Positions 60,133 through 64,000 of a stretch of DNA of 64,000 nucleotides are shown one piece after another. The notes under the pieces are model-generated. The model had not been told where the DNA came from. It was given only the letters and a program-made list of their open reading frames with translations, and searched no databases. The position numbers were made by a program, and so were the translations under genes. How positions within the stretch are numbered: position 1 is the first letter of the stretch; every line of letters begins with the position of its first letter. This DNA comes from Folioceros fuciformis (Eukaryota). Location of the stretch: positions 237,412 to 301,411 of the forward strand of contig JBNGIO010006239.1 of NCBI GenBank assembly GCA_049999805.1. The letters are read 5' to 3'.

Positions 60133-62609
60133 ATGGCGGACATGGAAGATTTTGAGGGCCTCGACCCGCCTCTGATTCAGAGATGTGGATGTACTGAGAT
60201 CCCCGACTTCGAGATCGAGCGTATGCGCACGGGGAAGCCACCTGATCGGAGCCACGCCATATTCCTCGAAGAGGTTACTTCAGTTTGCAGGCTGTCCATC
60301 TCCGTTTCTGTACTGTACTTCCGTCGCCTGCATTGGACGGGTCTTCATTTGTCTGGTCTCTCTCATGGCCCAATAAAAACATCCCCTGTTAGAGGGAAAG
60401 GCTGAAAAAGCTATCGGACGAGAGAGCAAATAAATGGCCAAATACAATCAAGGCTTTGAGGATCAAGAGAGAGCTGGCGCGTCAACAAAGAATTGATCAG
60501 GCCGAGGTACAATCTTAAAATGTGCATCAACACACTCACGCATAGATTTGTAAAGCCTACGGCTTTACCAATACATATCATTAAGTTCTTTGAATAATTT
60601 TGATTATATAAAACAGATTAATATTTTTTTATGTATGATGTGAAACAACCCCATAAAGAGGTCACAAGGCTATGGAGAGCTAGCTCCCATCACCTCCTAT
60701 TTCTACTTAAATCATAAAATAATAACATTTTTTGTTGGATTCACATTCCTCTATGCTAACACTTCGTTCTTCATTGGAGTGTCTTTAGGAAGAATTGAAA
60801 AAGTTGGACAAAGAAGAAGCAAAGATTAGAGCTAATAAAAGATTGGATGTGGTTGGTCCCAATGTTTTTAAATGCTAGTTTCTCAACTCACAGACCAAAC
60901 AAAAAAAAGTTCACAATTACAATAGTTCAATATGTCTACATTGTTGCTTATACATATGCATTTTGTGAAGATAGAACGAGCAGGGAAGCTCTTACAACAA
61001 TCTCAGTTTTTCAACTATAGGTCTCGAAAGCTTTTGGATGAAGTCAATCGGGTAACTTCAAAGCATTAAAATTTATCAAGGGATTTGAAAGGTGCACAAA
61101 TCTTCTCTAATTTTCTATCATTTTTTATTTTTTTTTACCAATAGGAACGAGAGGCACAAATTCAACACAAGAGTGTTGTTAAGGAGATGTGGAAGAAGAA
61201 AGAAGGTGTTTATCATCAATGGATTTTGCAAAAGGTGGAACAAGAAAAGCAAGAAGATATAGATTATCAAAAACGAGAGTATGACAAGGCTGTTGCAATT
61301 CGAAAGTTCCGGATGGCCCAGGTACATGTCTAGCCTAGAGAAACATGGTGCATGAGAAACTAGTGTTGTGGGTTTGAAATCTTTGTGTTCTTCAATTCAA
61401 CTTGAGACTAGTTGGAGGAAAATCACCAATTGTGGCTGAAAGATGAAGAAGCACATGACTATGAGAGAAAGAGAATTCAACGGCAAGCAGAACTGGATGT
61501 TATTGAAGAGGAAGAAACGGAGAAGCGAAGGATACAGATGATCAAAGAAATAGATGAAGAAGCAGCTGCTGCAAACCTCGACCTCAAGGTGGGTAGCTAT
61601 ACATTACCAAGGTTTTATGCCTTGTTATTAGAATGAACTGTAACTTCAAGATTTCATGTTTGGTGTATTTTATTAATCAATTTCAGGTTAGAAGGGAGGC
61701 TGAAAAGTTGAAAATTTTGGAAGAAGAAAAGAAAATAGCAGCTTATGCAAAATGGAAACAAGAGTTTGATGATGAAGTTAAAAGGAAGTATAATCAAAAG
61801 AAGGCTGAGAAACAGGCTGCTAAAGATAGACTTATTGCAAGACAAGCGAAGGTTAATAGTAACCTTGAATGCATAATTGATTTCAATGGGACCAAGTTGG
61901 ATCACATTTTCTTTATAATCACATCTTGTATCATAGCAATTGGAGGAGGCTAGGGTAGCTGCTGCAGAGCGACTGCGAGTTGACGAGACTGAAAGAGAAA
62001 TCAAAGAAGAAGCCATTGTTAAATTCTTGAAGGATAAGCGGGAGCGTGAATATGCTTTGTGTCATGAGTCTCGTCAAATGCAGGTACAATTAATATGTGT
62101 ATGATTCTAAGCCTTCGTCTTGGCCTTTAATGGAAGTTGAAACAAGCTTGTATTATGAAGAGCAACGAGTCACATACTGAAAGAAAAAGAATAATGTTCC
62201 TAAACAGTTGGAGCAAAAGAGAATCGCAGAGCAAATAGAACTTGAAGAAAAGCAAGCTATGGGACAACAAGCATGGGAACGTGCTTGGCAAGCCAAGATG
62301 GATGATGAGGCAGAAGCAAAAGTTGTGCATGATACAAATGTAGAATTCGCCAAGAGCTACAAGAAGCATGTGGTATGTGATTTATAACATTTAATCATAG
62401 CTTAAGATTGTAATAAATTATTCAACTAATTTGAGTTGTTTTTTGAAATGGTTCCTTCTTATCAGGCCCAACAACAACATGCAGCTAAAGTAGAACAGCA
62501 AGAATTGTTGCAAGCTGATAAGAATATGATACAAATGATGAAGAACGATGATTCTCAGTATGTTTTGGGACCGGATGGCACAATGGCTATGCGTGATCTT
62601 GTATTATAG
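60133..62609 (+). CDS. CFAP210: Coiled-coil axonemal protein, CFAP210/CCDC173-like (trichohyalin-plectin-homology type), about 10 exons
   Basis: Exon 2 reads RERLKKLSDERANKWPNTIKALRIKR (WPNT motif), followed by E/K/R-rich coiled-coil exons including KILEEEKKIAAYAKWK. Short GT-AG introns. The 3' end is uncertain: TAG at 62607-62609 or further splicing. Confidence 0.7.
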
Positions 62610-62774
62610 TTGATTATGATTTTATTTTAGTTTGAAAATTTTAAACCTATCTATATAAGAGGCGATATAGATGTTGGTGGTGGTGTGAGTAAGAAGATGA
62701 TTCAAAAGATGTGAAAAGATCTTTAAAAATCATGATCACTCATTCTTTTCGGGAACTACGGACTACTATTAGAG

Positions 62775-62828
62775 CATTGTGAAAGGCAGTTAGCACATTG
62801 TGAAAGGTAGTTAGCGCATTGCGAAAGG
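62775..62828. repeat. 21-bp tandem repeat, about 2.6 copies
   Basis: cattgtgaaaggcagttagca / cattgtgaaaggtagttagcg / cattgcgaaagg. Confidence 0.8.
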
Positions 62829-64000
62829 CCCTTGAGAGAGACCGGACTGTGCACGAGTCAAATCAAGCCTATGGAGCAAGGGAAAAAAGAAACAGGTCAT
62901 TTGTGTGGAGATTTCATTTCCATCCTCTTAGGTTTCCGGATCCATACTTTTCACCTTCAAGGACTCAATCATAGTTGGAAAGCCTGAGACCTACCTAAAA
63001 ATACAGGGTTGTTTCCATGTGTTTCTCCTGTAAGGACTACAATGCATACCATATATCCTAGTTGGAAAGACTGACCCAAAGAAACAGGGTTGTAACTAGC
63101 TATTAGAGCAGAAAGACGATAGAAGAGGAGAAAACCAATAAGGTAGTCACAGGCCATCATCATATATGACCAACACGTGCTCCCATCGTCTTATTTGAAC
63201 CTAACCAGGGCAGGACCTGGATCCCACAACCATATGAAAATTGTAGGTGAAGGAAAGAAAGCTTGTAGAACAACATATTTTTCATGTTAGGCCAACACAA
63301 TAGTGAGGGAAACCAATAAGTGGGTCACAAATCTAATGGCATACTCTTGTTTAATACATAGCAATCAACAAGGGAAGCCTTAATTTGCGTCTCTACCCTC
63401 TTGCGCTGGCTCTGATGCAGCAAGTGTTCGATGATCTCTACTCCGTACGAGAAGATGAGAGTGCTTCTAGAAGCCTGTCAGGGCATCAATCCCCCTAGCT
63501 TGGAAGTAGAAAAGTTGTTCCGCTTCGAAGTCGATACTATCCACTCCTTGGGAGCATTTCCCATAGTCGGCAATGATCTGAAGGTTGGGTTTCATGTTCA
63601 GTGTGGCCCTCTGGGCCAGCAGCAGATAACCACTTAGCTGTCTAGTGTCAATCTGTTGGGGATATTTGCCAAAAAACAAGGCATAGCAGAGCACATAGCA
63701 AGTGCTAAGGGATGTATGTGGGGATGAATGAAGGAGTAGAGAAAATGGGAATGACAGCATAAGTCCGAGGTGTCGGTACCTATTCACTCTAATGTTGACG
63801 TCAAAATCACCCTAACCTGAAGATTGAGAGACAAGGCATTTGTGCTGTTGCCAATTGAATCCTCCAGTATGTCTCAACACCAGCTTGTTGTGTAGGTCGT
63901 GTAGCTGGTCCTTTCTAGCCAACAGGAATGACGATATTTTGGTCATGATGTCTGGTCCCAATTGTTGGATCTCTAAGCTCCACCTTGAATTAACATATGC

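Noticed and set aside
62900-64000. Degenerate LINE ORF2 on the minus strand
   Set aside because: Only weak fragments (KLGGL, LIFSYGVEI) among stops, which is insufficient without a search.

Overview
Eukaryotic nuclear DNA from a compact, gene-dense land-plant genome. Introns are mostly about 70-150 nt and GT-AG, and there is one 10-N gap at 20278-20287. Gene content (a CblC/MMACHC homologue, a CFAP210-like axonemal gene, an EMF2-like gene, NDL, ILL) points to a seed-free plant with flagellated sperm, plausibly a hornwort; this is inference. Intact-looking genes: ILR1-like amidohydrolase, GGCT-like protein, intronless PI synthase, ETF beta, EMF2-like PRC2 subunit, F-box, TPR-SET, CblC/MMACHC-like, NDL, CD36/SCARB-like membrane protein, organellar type IA topoisomerase, RPL18a and CFAP210-like. 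Accessory DNA: a decayed second copy of the head-to-head F-box/TPR-SET cassette, a scrambled Copia/Gypsy nest with an internal inversion and a hairpin satellite, a COG3 retrocopy, a decayed duplicate of the topoisomerase upstream region, and a chimeric block holding an inverted EMF2-like fragment plus a topoisomerase 3' fragment. Most notable are the vitamin B12-processing CblC homologue with a spliced-in organelle transit-peptide-like exon, the CD36-like receptor with long cytosolic tails, and the co-duplicated F-box/SET pair. Family calls come from motif recognition by eye, no searches were run, and exon boundaries are manual.
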